64,000 nt of DNA from an uncultured Chloroflexia bacterium (GCA_963829485.1 CAWHIK010000007.1:135753-199752), one strand, 5' to 3'; positions 16,573 through 27,246 are shown, counted from the first letter of the stretch. Notes: a model not told the origin generated them from the letters alone. Made by a program: numbers and translations.

Positions 16573-17367
16573 TTATTTAATTTGCTCAAACCGCACGATG
16601 GGTAAATTCTTCGTGCAGTCCGAATAAGTATCGAAGGTGTTTACACCCGAAAGCGGCAGCCCGGCCTGGTCCAGCAGCTGGACGGTCATCGTGCCAGATG
16701 AATCCACCGGTTTGGAGCCGAGGGCGAACTCAAATCCGCTTTGCCCGTAGGCTGGCGCTGTACCGGAGACGGTCAACTGGCTATAGAATTTTCCGCCTGC
16801 GCTGCCTTCCAGCTTGACCACCATCCCTTTAAAGGGATTATTCTGCAGGTCAAAGACTGCCCCGCCGACCCCGAAGAAGTTGCAGCCCAACTCGGGATGC
16901 ATGATGGAACTATCCACATACTTGACGGTCACAGTGAAAGGCACGCCGGTCGGTTCAGGTGAGGGTGTCAGTGTATCCTCGGGCGTGCCCGTTTCGGTGG
17001 GCGTGTCCGTATACAGCTTCACAGGCGTATTGGTGAAGATGGGCGTAAAGGTCGGTCGCAGCGTGGGCTGCTCCACCGGCGGAGGCGTGGAGGAAGGCGT
17101 CCAGGTGGCTCCCAGCGAAAGAGGGGTCCAGGTAGCGGTCGGCAGTTCAAGCGGAGGAACGGGCGTGTTGGGCGGGAACGGGTTGAGCGCCAGTTGGGGA
17201 TTGGTGAACACCACGACAAAATAACAGCAGGAGCACAGCGTCAACAGCAGGACTCCGAGAGTCAGGACGTTCCAGAGTATTCGCTTGGTGTCGCGCGGTT
17301 TCCTCGGTTTATCCGGCGCCTGCGGCTCCGGCTGCTCAAGGATTTCAGGTTGTTCATTCGTGGTCAT
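16573..17367 (-). CDS. Membrane-anchored hypothetical protein with a Pro/Thr-rich linker and a C-terminal beta-rich domain
   Basis: 264 aa with an N-terminal TM helix. GGGAGTGAG RBS. No family recognised. Confidence 0.7.
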   Translation of the reverse strand: MTTNEQPEILEQPEPQAPDKPRKPRDTKRILWNVLTLGVLLLTLCSCCYFVVVFTNPQLALNPFPPNTPVPPLELPTATWTPLSLGATWTPSSTPPPVEQPTLRPTFTPIFTNTPVKLYTDTPTETGTPEDTLTPSPEPTGVPFTVTVKYVDSSIMHPELGCNFFGVGGAVFDLQNNPFKGMVVKLEGSAGGKFYSQLTVSGTAPAYGQSGFEFALGSKPVDSSGTMTVQLLDQAGLPLSGVNTFDTYSDCTKNLPIVRFEQIK

Positions 17368-17396
17368 AACTCACTCCCATGGATTCGACACGCCCA

Positions 17397-18290
17397 TCAT
17401 TGGACGATGACGATGGTGCTTTGGATACGCTGCTGTTCAACCCACTCACGCACTGCCTTGGACTGCAATGCCAGCAGGGCATCAGGCGACAACGGGCGGT
17501 TTTCGCGTTCCAGAATCTTGATAATGTGATATCCCAGGTCGGTCGCGATCACGTCGCTGACCTGCCCCGGCTGGAGGGCAAACGCTGCCTGCTCCACCGC
17601 TTTTTCGGGCAGGTAACCGCGTGGAAACCACCCTAAATCACCGCGCGTTACCGGATCGACCAGCACAGCAAACTCATCGAAATCGGTGCGATTCGCCTGG
17701 ATGTCGGTGAGCACCTGCCGCGCCCTTTCCTCATTATAGAACAAAATCTGCCGGACGTGAACCTGGTCTTTCGATTTTGCAATCTGCCCCGCCAGCTGGT
17801 CGCGCATCCATGCGGCGGCGATCGAGCGGCGCAGCGCGTCGCGGAAGGACTCGGGGGTGTAGTTATGGGCGGTCAACCACTGGTTGAGCGCGTCCTCGCC
17901 GCCGACCTCGCCGATCAGCTTGTCGATGCGCTCCTGGAGCAGGGTATCGTCCACGACAAAGCCGGACTGCTTCGCTCCCTGTGCCAGCAGGTACTGCGCG
18001 AACAGGTCGTCCAGCACGGTCGTAACGGCTTCCTCATCGCTGACGGTCTTCCCAAGCTCCGCCTGGGCGGCTTTGTAACGCTCCAACTCGGCGTTGAACT
18101 CCACCAAGGGGATGATCTCTCCGTTGACCGTGGCCTTGGCTGGAACAGGCGTCGGCGACGGGGTGCGGGTGGGCGGAACGGCCGTCGGGGTGGATTCTAC
18201 CGTCGGGGTGCCGCCGGAAAGGATCCCGCAGCCAGCCAAAAGGATGGTGACGAGAAAAAACATCGAAAAACGGGCGATTTTGAAAAGCAT
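17397..18290 (-). CDS. Parvulin-type peptidyl-prolyl cis-trans isomerase lipoprotein (PrsA/SurA-like)
   Basis: Lipobox LLAGC and a C-terminal PpiC domain (GDLGWFPRGYL...GYHIIKILE). Confidence 0.8.
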   Translation of the reverse strand: MLFKIARFSMFFLVTILLAGCGILSGGTPTVESTPTAVPPTRTPSPTPVPAKATVNGEIIPLVEFNAELERYKAAQAELGKTVSDEEAVTTVLDDLFAQYLLAQGAKQSGFVVDDTLLQERIDKLIGEVGGEDALNQWLTAHNYTPESFRDALRRSIAAAWMRDQLAGQIAKSKDQVHVRQILFYNEERARQVLTDIQANRTDFDEFAVLVDPVTRGDLGWFPRGYLPEKAVEQAAFALQPGQVSDVIATDLGYHIIKILERENRPLSPDALLALQSKAVREWVEQQRIQSTIVIVQ

Positions 18291-18437
18291 GGGATAAATT
18301 ATACCTGATTAGCTTCCTCGACCGTTCAGGGAAGGAGGCGGTCAATTATGACCGTTTTTTAATAGTATTTGGAGACGCAATGAGTGGATTAAAAAAAATC
18401 GGGGCGCACGTTGTGCGCCCCGATAAAGTGTTTCGGT

Positions 18438-20078
18438 TTAGTAATCCATCCCGCCGCCCGGAGGCATGGCCGGAGCCTTGTCTTTTTCAGGCATGTCGGT
18501 GATCAGGACCTCGGTGGTCAGGATCATCGCAGCGATGGAAGCGGCATTTTCGAGCGCGCCGCGCACCACTTTGACCGGGTCGATGACACCCGCATGGATC
18601 ATGTCGACATACTCATCCGTCAGGACGTTGTAGCCGATATTCTTGTTCTTCAATTCCTTGGCCTTGCGGCGGACGCCGTCGATGATCACGGAGCCGTCCT
18701 GACCGGCATTGGCAGCCAGTCTGCGGATGGGGGCTTCGAGCGCTTTGCGCACGATATTGACGCCCACCATGACCTCTTCGGTCTGGTCCTTGATCTTGTC
18801 GAGGGCAGTGGAGGCGTTGATCAGGGAAATTTCACCACCGGCCACGATGCCTTCTTCCACAGCCGCGCGGGCGGCGGAAAGAGCATCTTCGACGCGGTGT
18901 TTCTTTTCCTTCATCTCGGTCTCGGTCGCAGCGCCGACGCGGACAATGGCCACGCCGCCGGACAGCTTGGCAAGGCGCTCCTGGAGCTTTTCCTTGTCGT
19001 AATCGCTGGTGGACTTGTCGATCTCCACGCGGATCAGTTCGATGCGGCCCTTGATCTCGGAGGATTTACCCTTGCCGCCGATAATGGTGGTGTTGTCCTT
19101 GTCCGCGGTGACCTTCTCGGCGCGGCCCAGGTCCTGCAGGGTGGCAGTCTCGAGCTTGCGGCCGGTCTCTTCGCTGATGACGGTGCCACCGGTCAGGACG
19201 GCGATGTCCTGCAGCATGGCCTTGCGGCGGTCGCCAAAGCCGGGGGCTTTGACAGCCAGCACGTTCAGCATGCCGCGCAGTTTGTTCAGAACCAGGGTGG
19301 CCAGCGCTTCGCCGTCGATATCTTCGGCGATGATCACCAGTTCGCGCTTGCCGAGCTGGACGAGTTTCTCAAGGATGGGGACGATATCCTGGGCAGCGGA
19401 GATCTTCTTCTCGTTGATCAGGATGTAGGGTTCGCTGATGACCGCTTCCATGTGCTCGGAATCGGTGATCATGTAGGCGGAGATGTAACCGCGGTCGAAC
19501 TGCATACCTTCGACAAATTCGGTCTCGAACTGCATGGACTTCAACTCTTCAACGGTGATGACGCCGTCTTTTCCGACCTTGTCCATCACATCGGCGATCA
19601 AGCCGCCGATTTCCGCATCGGCAGCCGAGTTGGTCGCCACCGAGCTGATTTCCTCTTTGGTATCGATCTTGGTAGCCATCTTCTTGAGGGCGATGACAAT
19701 CTCCGAAGAGGCCAGTTCGATGCCGTGCTTGAGCAGCATGGGGTTGAACCCGGCAGCCAGCGCCTTCAGGCCTTCGCTGACGATCGCATGGGCCAGAATG
19801 GTCGAGGTGGTGGTGCCGTCGCCGGCGATGTCATTGGTCTTGGAAGCAGCTTCCTTCAGGAGCTGGGCGCCCATGTTCTCAAAGGGATCTTCGAGCTCGA
19901 TCTCCTTGGCGACGGAAACGCCGTCGTGGGTGATGGTCGGGGAGCCGAACTTGCGGTCCACGGCCACGTTGCGGCCTTTGGGGCCGAGGGTGGTTGCCAC
20001 CGCATTCGCAACGACATCCATGCCGTTCTTGAGCTTGCGGCGGGCTTCTTCAGTAAATACGAGTTGTTTAGCAGCCAT
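18438..20078 (-). CDS. groL: Chaperonin GroEL (60 kDa)
   Basis: 546 aa with a canonical sequence ([15 protein letters not shown]...GDGTTT...PGGGMDY). Confidence 0.97.
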   Translation of the reverse strand: MAAKQLVFTEEARRKLKNGMDVVANAVATTLGPKGRNVAVDRKFGSPTITHDGVSVAKEIELEDPFENMGAQLLKEAASKTNDIAGDGTTTSTILAHAIVSEGLKALAAGFNPMLLKHGIELASSEIVIALKKMATKIDTKEEISSVATNSAADAEIGGLIADVMDKVGKDGVITVEELKSMQFETEFVEGMQFDRGYISAYMITDSEHMEAVISEPYILINEKKISAAQDIVPILEKLVQLGKRELVIIAEDIDGEALATLVLNKLRGMLNVLAVKAPGFGDRRKAMLQDIAVLTGGTVISEETGRKLETATLQDLGRAEKVTADKDNTTIIGGKGKSSEIKGRIELIRVEIDKSTSDYDKEKLQERLAKLSGGVAIVRVGAATETEMKEKKHRVEDALSAARAAVEEGIVAGGEISLINASTALDKIKDQTEEVMVGVNIVRKALEAPIRRLAANAGQDGSVIIDGVRRKAKELKNKNIGYNVLTDEYVDMIHAGVIDPVKVVRGALENAASIAAMILTTEVLITDMPEKDKAPAMPPGGGMDY

Positions 20079-20095
20079 TGGTCATTCCTCCGTTA

Positions 20096-20413
20096 TTATT
20101 TCTTACCCTTGCCGTGGGTTTCTTCCACGATACCGAGAATATCGGTCTCGCGCAGGATGAGCAGTTTTTTGCCATCCAGTTTCATCTCGGTGCCGGCATA
20201 CTTGGCAAAGAGCACCTTGTCGCCGGTTTTGACATCCATGGGGATGCGCTTGCCGTCTTCGTCGCGGTCGCCGGGACCCGCAGCCACGATCAGGCCTTGC
20301 TGGGGTTTTTCCTTGGCAGTCTCGGGCAGAACGATTCCGCCGGCAGTAACTTCCTCCTGCTCGATCGGGTCGATGACCACACGGTTACCGAGGGGTTTTA
20401 GGGATAGTGCCAT
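20096..20413 (-). CDS. groES: Co-chaperonin GroES
   Basis: 105 aa (LKPLGNRVV...[16 protein letters not shown]). GGAGG RBS. It lies 17 nt upstream of groEL. Confidence 0.95.
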   Translation of the reverse strand: MALSLKPLGNRVVIDPIEQEEVTAGGIVLPETAKEKPQQGLIVAAGPGDRDEDGKRIPMDVKTGDKVLFAKYAGTEMKLDGKKLLILRETDILGIVEETHGKGKK

Positions 20414-20457
20414 ACACGCCTCCTGAAATAAAAAGATTTATTGGTTTTGACAAAGAT

Positions 20458-20484
20458 TTAGCACTCAACCCTGGCGAGTGCTAA
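20458..20484 (-). promoter_or_regulatory. CIRCE operator (HrcA binding site)
   Basis: Perfect TTAGCACTC-N9-GAGTGCTAA between the promoter and groES. Confidence 0.9.
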
Positions 20485-20494
20485 ATGCAACCTT

Positions 20495-20523
20495 ATAATA
20501 CATGTCTTCACGGTGAAAGTCAA
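20495..20523 (-). promoter_or_regulatory. groESL promoter TTGACT-17 nt-TATTAT
   Basis: On the minus strand, -35 at 20518-20523 and -10 at 20495-20500, directly upstream of CIRCE. Confidence 0.6.
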
Positions 20524-20573
20524 GGGGAATGCCTGATTTTTAACAAAACTCTGACATTTCCCGCCTGAAACCC

Positions 20574-21965
20574 CTACGGGGTGACTGTGGGCGAGGGCAC
20601 GGGAACTGACGTCGGGGCGGGAGGGAGCGGCGTACCCATTTTTTCAGCGACCCCCTGGCAGATAGCCTCCCCCGCCTGGACAATGGGCATGATGATGATA
20701 TCGGTTCCAAACGACAGCCGCACATCGGCAAAAACATCGAGCGCTTCGTCGCAGTAATTCTGTTGAGGCCGGCTGAGCGCGGAAAGCACCGAGCCATAGG
20801 TGTAATAATAAATGACCGTGTTGGGCGTGAGCGGCAGACCCTTCACTTCAACGCCGACCTCCCCCGCATCGGCATCGCATCCGTTGCGCGCCTCGCAGCT
20901 CTCCTCCGGCGTGCAGCCTCTCACTGCACACTTGAGCGGGAGGATGGAACCCTCGTAGTTGCGCGATTTAAAGAAGACGACGCCCAATTGACCGTAGGTA
21001 TCCGCGTTCGTCTGGTCGTAGGAGAGCGCCTTGAGCACATTGCGGGCGGCACCGAAGAATTCGCCCTGCTGCGAGTACGTCTTGGCGATTGAGAGATTGG
21101 GGGTCGGGTCTTTGATGCCCAGCTTTTCGTTTATCTTTGCCGCCCGGTCGAAATACTCAAGGGAGCGTTCGTAATCCTGCAAATGGCGGTAGATCGCCCC
21201 GGCGCGCACCATCAGGAAGGTGAGGTTGGGCGTGATGGCGATGGCCTTGTCATATTCCTCGATCGCCAGGCGGTAATCCCTGTACAATTCCAATACGTAT
21301 GCATAAACACGGTGAACATCCATGAGCGAGGGATCCTGCTGGACTGCCTGCTCGATATTGATCAGAGCCTGGTCCAGTTTCTGCTGGTCGGTCAGGATCT
21401 CAGCGTAGTAGGCAAGCGCAAGTGTGTTGGTAGGGTCGAGGGTCAGCGCGCGGCGCGCAGCCAGCTCCGCATCGGTAAGATATTTCTCCGTCTGGTCGCC
21501 CACATAGACAGGGCTGGCGTTCCAATCCAGCACGAAGGCGCGGATGGCGTGCGCGGTGCTGTCTTCCGGCGCGAGCTCGACCGCCTTATCCGCGGAATTG
21601 AGCGCCTCCTGCAGCCGGATGCGGCGCTGTTCATCGGTGGTCATCGTTGCCGAGGAATACGCCTGGATGCGCGCCAGCTTCCCCCAGATGTCCGCTGCAG
21701 CCGGATCGATTCGCACCGCCTGCTGGTAGGCTGTGATGGAATCCTGGATCTGGCCAGCCTCGAAGAGCGCATCCCCCTGGAGGGCGTAGGAATTGGCGGT
21801 TCGGGTGGGCGTCAGCGTCGGCTCAAAAGGGGAGCGCATCGCACCGATGTCGACCGAGCGCACGACGTAGATACCCGCGATGATGAGGAATATCCACAGG
21901 AAGGCGCGGCTGATGCTGGTGCGCGGTTTCTTAAAGAAAATCTGACGCTGGGGGAATTTATTCAT
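20574..21965 (-). CDS. Membrane-anchored TPR-repeat protein
   Basis: 463 aa with an N-terminal TM helix, multiple 34-aa TPR-like repeats and a Pro/Thr-rich C-terminal tail. Confidence 0.8.
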   Translation of the reverse strand: MNKFPQRQIFFKKPRTSISRAFLWIFLIIAGIYVVRSVDIGAMRSPFEPTLTPTRTANSYALQGDALFEAGQIQDSITAYQQAVRIDPAAADIWGKLARIQAYSSATMTTDEQRRIRLQEALNSADKAVELAPEDSTAHAIRAFVLDWNASPVYVGDQTEKYLTDAELAARRALTLDPTNTLALAYYAEILTDQQKLDQALINIEQAVQQDPSLMDVHRVYAYVLELYRDYRLAIEEYDKAIAITPNLTFLMVRAGAIYRHLQDYERSLEYFDRAAKINEKLGIKDPTPNLSIAKTYSQQGEFFGAARNVLKALSYDQTNADTYGQLGVVFFKSRNYEGSILPLKCAVRGCTPEESCEARNGCDADAGEVGVEVKGLPLTPNTVIYYYTYGSVLSALSRPQQNYCDEALDVFADVRLSFGTDIIIMPIVQAGEAICQGVAEKMGTPLPPAPTSVPVPSPTVTP

Positions 21966-21986
21966 CAGGGAATCAACCGTGGCTTG

Positions 21987-23295
21987 TTACGGCGTTGGCG
22001 TGGACTCGGTTTCCACGGTCGGCTCAGGGGAAGGCGTGACGTCGATGCTTTCGGTGCAAATGCGCAGACCTTCATTGGCATTGTCGGTCGCGACTGCATC
22101 ATCGGGCACCTGTGTCAGAATCTGCTGAAAGACCGGGAGCGCTTCGCCGCAACGGTTCTGCTTGACAAGCGCCAGCCCATAGATATAGTAGTATTCCGCG
22201 ATGCGCGGTTCGTTGACCACCAACTGCACGGAAGGGATGTCCTGTCCGTCTTCCGTCTTGCCTCCGTTCACCAGCAGGGATAACTGGTTGCTGGCTTCGG
22301 GATACTGTAAATTGCGATAGAGCATCACGCCCAGGTTGCCGTGATAAAGCGGGTTGGCAGGTGCGTCACGCACGACCTGCTCGGCATACTGGATGGCCTT
22401 GGCGAATTCGCCGTTCGTGGCAAGGATGCGCGAAATGTAGAGGTTGGGGAGGGGGTCCGACGGGTTAAGGGCATAGGCGCGGCTGAACAAATCGACCGCG
22501 TCGACGTAGTAACGCCCCGGGTTGGGGTCGGTCGAGTTGGGGTCTGTGGCCATCGCCCGGTACAGCAGCCCAAGCAGCAGATGAACGTCAGCAATATTGT
22601 CGTTGATGGACAGCGCCTGTTTATACTCGCGGACCGCCTCGTCGTAGTTGCCGGTCACGAATAGAACGTATCCTCTCGCGCGGTGCGCCTCCAGGCTGTT
22701 GGGCGCCAGCGCCAGGGCGGTATTCGAACTCGGCGGACATCTTGTCCACGGCATCGAGCGACGCCTGCCCGCGGGTGTACAGGTCGGCGATCAATTCCGC
22801 ATAATAAGCATGCGCCATGGCGTTGTTGGGGTCAAGTTCCAGCGCCCGTTGGAGCGCAGCCTCGGCGTTGAGGAAATCCTCCTGAAAGTAAAGCGCCCAT
22901 CCGCGCAGGGCATGCGCCATCGAGTTGTTCTGGTTGAGCAGGATGGCGTTCTCCGCGCTCAGCTGCGCATCGGCATACCTTCCGCTGAACATCTGCGTCC
23001 GAGCCAGTGCGATATACACGGATGGGTCGTCCGGTCTGTTCCTCACCGCTTGCTCATAAGACGCGACCGCCTGCGAGAACTTGCCTTCGTTGAACAATGC
23101 TTCTGCCTCGGAGATGTAGGATTCGGGGTCGCGCGTGGGTGTCTGGGTGGGGATGAACAACGGCGGGACGTCCGGCACGATAACCTGGTTGACGTACACC
23201 GCGCCGGCCACCATCAGGAGCAGGAAAACGACCAGGAGCGGATTCGAACGCCTCCGCTTCTTGCGCATGCTCCATTGTGAACCGCGTAAATACAT
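21987..23295 (-). pseudogene. Membrane-anchored TPR-repeat protein (paralog); frame broken near 22721-22735 as assembled
   Basis: ORF 22621..23349 (ATG 23295 with an AAGGAG RBS) continues in ORF 21987..22754 (...DKMSAE / NTALALAPNSLEAH...). Confidence 0.7.
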
Positions 23296-23508
23296 GTGTC
23301 TCCTTGCTGAGAACAGCCCTGCCGGGGATATGAAACCCATCCAGTCCACTGCAGGCAGGAATCATCTTACCATCTTATTAAAATTCAAGTCAAGGCGGGC
23401 ACCCGGCGGTCTAATGTCCTTCTTATGTGATTTCCCTACGCACTCGTCAGATGGAAGTCATTCTCCAGCTTGCTTGCGCTCGGATGCGCTTTCTTATAGA
23501 ATGAAGTC

Positions 23509-24252
23509 ATGCGCTTCGACGTCTTTACCCTTTTCCCCGAAACTTTCGCCCCCTACCTGCAGGCCAGCATCCTGCAGAAAGCCGCCGAACGGGGGCTGGT
23601 CGAGATCAGCCTGCACAACATCCGCGATTGGGCGCGCGACAAGCACCACACCACCGACGATACACCTTACGGCGGCGGCGGCGGGATGGTGATGAAACCC
23701 GAGCCGGTCTTCGAAGCGGTCGAATCCGTGCTGGGACCCGAGCCTGCCTGCCCGGTCATTCTGCTCACGCCGCAGGGACGGGTCTTCAACCATGCGGTCG
23801 CCGAGGAACTGGTGCGGCACGAGCGCATCGCCCTCCTCTGCGGACGGTATGAAGGGGTGGACGAGCGCATCAGGGAAAGCCTGGTCACCGATGAAATCTC
23901 CATCGGCGATTACGTGCTGACGGGCGGCGAGCTGCCGGCCATGATCGTCATCGACGCTGTTTCGCGCCTGATCCCCGGAGTGCTGGGCGACCCCGACGGC
24001 GCCGCCGATGATTCGCACGCCACCGGACTGCTGGAGTACCCGCACTATACGCGCCCGCCGGAGTTCCGCGGACAGGCGGTCCCCGAGACGCTGCTCTCCG
24101 GCGACCATGCGAAGATCGAACAGTGGCGGCGGGAACAGTCCCTGCTGCGGACGCTGCAGCGGCGCCCCGACCTGTTGAAAAGCGCGCCTCTCACCAAGGC
24201 TGATATCAAATTTTTAAAAGAACAAGGTTATGACCCGGAAAGTGGAAAGTAA
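23509..24252 (+). CDS. trmD: tRNA (guanine37-N1)-methyltransferase
   Basis: Canonical TrmD sequence ([11 protein letters not shown]...[13 protein letters not shown]...[10 protein letters not shown]...LTGGELPA). Confidence 0.95.
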   Translation: MRFDVFTLFPETFAPYLQASILQKAAERGLVEISLHNIRDWARDKHHTTDDTPYGGGGGMVMKPEPVFEAVESVLGPEPACPVILLTPQGRVFNHAVAEELVRHERIALLCGRYEGVDERIRESLVTDEISIGDYVLTGGELPAMIVIDAVSRLIPGVLGDPDGAADDSHATGLLEYPHYTRPPEFRGQAVPETLLSGDHAKIEQWRREQSLLRTLQRRPDLLKSAPLTKADIKFLKEQGYDPESGK

Positions 24253-24275
24253 GGTTCGATTTACTTTCCACTTTT
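24239..24275 (+). terminator. Intrinsic terminator of trmD
   Basis: 14-bp perfect stem AAAGTGGAAAGTAA/TTACTTTCCACTTT that includes the stop codon, followed by T residues. Confidence 0.7.
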
Positions 24276-24303
24276 AATTCAAGCGATGATATAATTAACA
24301 TGG

Positions 24304-24426
24304 GTGTCATTGCGAGTCGCATTGCGACGAAGCAATCCCATCATTTCAAGAATATGCCTTTAATAAACAGATGCCTCCTGCCAAACGCAGGGACAAGCGG
24401 TCACTCGCGCTCCCTCGCGATGACAC
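24304..24426. repeat. Second copy of the GTCATYGCGAG-type palindromic repeat
   Basis: GTGTCATTGCGAGTCGCATTGCGACGAAGCAATCCC ... CTCGCGATGACAC. The terminal inverted arms match the family at 16481-16568. Confidence 0.55.
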
Positions 24427-24444
24427 AATACTAAGGAGGTATTT

Positions 24445-25695
24445 ATGAAATTCAACTACTGGAAGATTTTCCTGCTCGGTTTCGGTTTCTTCGGGGTCAG
24501 CGTCATCTGGGCAGTGTACAACGCCTTCGTGCCGATCTTCCTTTCGCAGAAGTTCGGGCTGTCGGCGGCATTGGTCGGCTTCTTTATGACGCTGGATAAC
24601 ATTGCCGCGCTGTTCATCCAGCCGCCGGTAGGCGCCTGGTCCGACCGGCTGCGGACCAAGCTCGGGCGCCGTCTGCCGTTCATCCTGGTCGGCGCACCCA
24701 TCTCCGCCGTGGCCTTTGGGCTGATCCCGCTGGCTGCGGTGCTGCCGCTGTTCGTCGCATGCACCAGCACCCTGCTGCTCAGCATGGCGCTCTGGCGCAC
24801 GCCGGTCGTTGCTTTGATGCCGGACATCACCCCCTCGGAAAAACGCTCGCAAGCCAACGGCATCATCAACTTCATGGGCGGTCTGGGCGCGATCATCGCT
24901 TTCATCGGGGGCGCGGCGCTTTATGACATGAATCCCGCATTCCCGTTCTGGCTGGGGTCGATCCTGGTGGTCCTGTCTTCGGCTCTCGTGCTGATCTTCA
25001 TCCGCGAGCCAAAGAACTATGAGGAGGGGGTGAAACAGCCCGGTATGTGGGCCAGCCTTCAGGAGGTGACAAAGGATCAGGATAAGAGCGCGCTGCGCAT
25101 CCTGCTGGCGATCTTCTTCTGGTTCCTGGGGTACACCGCCATTGAAGCGTTCTTTACTTTGTACTCAGTCAATCATCTGGGTCTCGAACCGTCAGACGGC
25201 TCACGCCTGTTGGGGCAGCTCTCGCTGTTCTTTGTGCTGTTCGCACTGGTCTCCGGTTTCATCGGAGGGAAGATCGGGCGCAAGTTGACCATTTCCATCG
25301 GCCTGGTGATGATGATCGTCGTGCTGCTGGGTATCTTTGCGCTTCCGGTGTCCACTCTGACCACTGTGATAACCAAGCTGCCCGTGCTGGGAGTCGTGCC
25401 TGTCATCGGCCTGTTCCTGATGGTCGCGGGCGTCGCCTGGTCGCTGATCAACATCAACTCACTGCCGATGGTGGTGGACATGACCACCGCAGCGCGTATC
25501 GGCACCTTCACCGGTCTGTACTATCTTTTCTCGACATTCTCCGCCATCGTGGGACCCAATCTCAACGGATTGATCATCCAGTTCTCGGGGAACAATTACA
25601 ACCTGGTCATGGTGGTCGGAGCCCTTTTCATGGCTGTAGCGCTGGTCTTGATGCTGGGTGTGAAGCGCGGCGAGGCGCAGCCGGCTGGAGTTTGA
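24445..25695 (+). CDS. MFS transporter (SLC45/GPH-like sugar-type)
   Basis: 416 aa with 12 predicted TM helices and the motif GAWSDRLRTKLGRRLPF. AAGGAGG RBS. Confidence 0.85.
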   Translation: MKFNYWKIFLLGFGFFGVSVIWAVYNAFVPIFLSQKFGLSAALVGFFMTLDNIAALFIQPPVGAWSDRLRTKLGRRLPFILVGAPISAVAFGLIPLAAVLPLFVACTSTLLLSMALWRTPVVALMPDITPSEKRSQANGIINFMGGLGAIIAFIGGAALYDMNPAFPFWLGSILVVLSSALVLIFIREPKNYEEGVKQPGMWASLQEVTKDQDKSALRILLAIFFWFLGYTAIEAFFTLYSVNHLGLEPSDGSRLLGQLSLFFVLFALVSGFIGGKIGRKLTISIGLVMMIVVLLGIFALPVSTLTTVITKLPVLGVVPVIGLFLMVAGVAWSLININSLPMVVDMTTAARIGTFTGLYYLFSTFSAIVGPNLNGLIIQFSGNNYNLVMVVGALFMAVALVLMLGVKRGEAQPAGV

Positions 25696-25719
25696 ACCTT
25701 TCTGCTCAACTTAAATCAA

Positions 25720-25756
25720 AACGTCCCGAAGGTCATAAGAAAACCTTCGGGACGTT
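25720..25756. terminator. 14-bp-stem hairpin AACGTCCCGAAGGT/ACCTTCGGGACGTT between convergent genes
   Basis: Perfect stem whose arms are identical to the hairpin at 3787-3817. Confidence 0.6.
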
Positions 25757-25762
25757 GTTTAA

Positions 25763-26464
25763 CTAAAACACGAACCAACCCACGAGAACCGAAGCCAGCG
25801 TGACCGTGATGTTATCGATGTCCTTGAACGGCAGCGACTCAACAATCGTTCCGACCACAGCGACAATGGTAATCGGCAGCAGATAAACTGAGAACGGCGA
25901 CGGGAACACTCCAGCGTAAACATAGATCCACAGCACCAGCGCGGACAGGATCCAACCGCCGAAGAACACACCCAGCGATCCCGCCACCGATTTCTCCGGG
26001 CTGTGCGGCAGTCTCGCAGATGCAATTCCCCGCCCGACCACATCCGCCACCCCATCACCGCCGCACATCATCATCAACGCCACGATCCCGATCGGATTCT
26101 CCGTCCAAAAGAAGATGGTCAGTAACACGAACACGATGCCGTAGTACAGCGGTCCGCGCAGGATCTCGCGCCGATCGCCGGTGCGCGACATGGCCTTGAC
26201 CGAAGCCTCGTCCTTCATGACGCCCAAACCCACCAGCGCAAACTGGACCGTGATCAGCAGCGGCACGAGCGCGGCGAGGTAGCGGGAATACCAGAGATCA
26301 GGAAACATCAGCCAGCACAGCACAAAGATGGGTCCCGTTCCGATGTGGATGATCTTGCGGCTCAGGCGGGATTCGATCCAGCCTTTGTGGGCGAAGAAAT
26401 CCATCAGGCGCAGGAAGGCGATGGCAATGGCAAAGGTCAGACCGGTGGCAAGGAAAGGATTCAT
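25763..26464 (-). CDS. Polyprenol/phytol-kinase-like membrane protein (CTP-dependent kinase / CTP_transf_1 superfamily)
   Basis: Multi-TM protein with a GDGVADVVGR motif typical of VTE5/dolichol-kinase-like enzymes. GAGGAG RBS before ATG 26464. Confidence 0.55.
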   Translation of the reverse strand: MNPFLATGLTFAIAIAFLRLMDFFAHKGWIESRLSRKIIHIGTGPIFVLCWLMFPDLWYSRYLAALVPLLITVQFALVGLGVMKDEASVKAMSRTGDRREILRGPLYYGIVFVLLTIFFWTENPIGIVALMMMCGGDGVADVVGRGIASARLPHSPEKSVAGSLGVFFGGWILSALVLWIYVYAGVFPSPFSVYLLPITIVAVVGTIVESLPFKDIDNITVTLASVLVGWFVF

Positions 26465-26559
26465 CCGTTTTCTCCTCAGGGATATGGCCATGATTTTACA
26501 ATAGAACACCAAATGGGACGTCCGCGATATGAAATCCGTTCTATAATGGGCGGAATATT

Positions 26560-27246
26560 ATGAACTCTTCTTCGCAGGAATTCCTGTTCGGTGTGCGCGA
26601 CGAATTGCCCATCCTCGTGGGCGTGGTGCCGTTCGGGATGATCTATGGCATACTCGCCCTCAGCGCCGGTGTGGACGCGGTTGCCGCTCAGGCCATGTCT
26701 GCCATCATCTTTGCCGGCTCAGCGCAGTTCATGACCGTGCAGCTGGCGGGGATCGGCGCGCCGGCGGCGGTGATGATCATCACCGGTTTCGTGATCAACC
26801 TTCGGCATGCGCTGTACAGCGCGTCCGTTGCGCCGTATGTGCGTCACCTCAACCCGGCGTGGAAAGGAATCCTGGCTTACCTGCTCACGGACGAGGCGTA
26901 CGCAGTGACCATCACCCACTACCAGCAGGAAGGCGAACCCGACCGTAAACACTGGTATTTCCTCGGCGCAGGACTGGCGTTGTGGACCTCGTGGCAGCTG
27001 AGCACGGCGGTGGGAGTCTTTCTCGGAGCGCAAGTGCCGGCAAGCTGGGGGTTGGAATTCACCCTGGCACTGACCTTCATTGCGCTTGTCGTCCCACAGA
27101 TCAAGGACCGTCCCAGCCTGCTGTCCGCGCTGACTGCCGGGTTGGTGGCTGTACTCGCTGCCGGGATGCCCTACAGGCTGGGCTTGCTGACCGCCGGTCT
27201 GGCGGGGATTCTCGTCGGGTTGTGGAGCGAGCTGAAATGGAAATGA
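26560..27246 (+). CDS. azlC: Branched-chain amino acid exporter subunit AzlC
   Basis: 228-aa membrane protein with an AzlC-like sequence (AGSAQF...). Confidence 0.85.
   Translation: MNSSSQEFLFGVRDELPILVGVVPFGMIYGILALSAGVDAVAAQAMSAIIFAGSAQFMTVQLAGIGAPAAVMIITGFVINLRHALYSASVAPYVRHLNPAWKGILAYLLTDEAYAVTITHYQQEGEPDRKHWYFLGAGLALWTSWQLSTAVGVFLGAQVPASWGLEFTLALTFIALVVPQIKDRPSLLSALTAGLVAVLAAGMPYRLGLLTAGLAGILVGLWSELKWK

Noticed and set aside
18411-20426. 671-aa ORF antisense to groEL/groES
   Set aside because: It lies opposite an unmistakable groESL operon. The translation is low-complexity (G/D/A/L-rich), so it is a shadow ORF.
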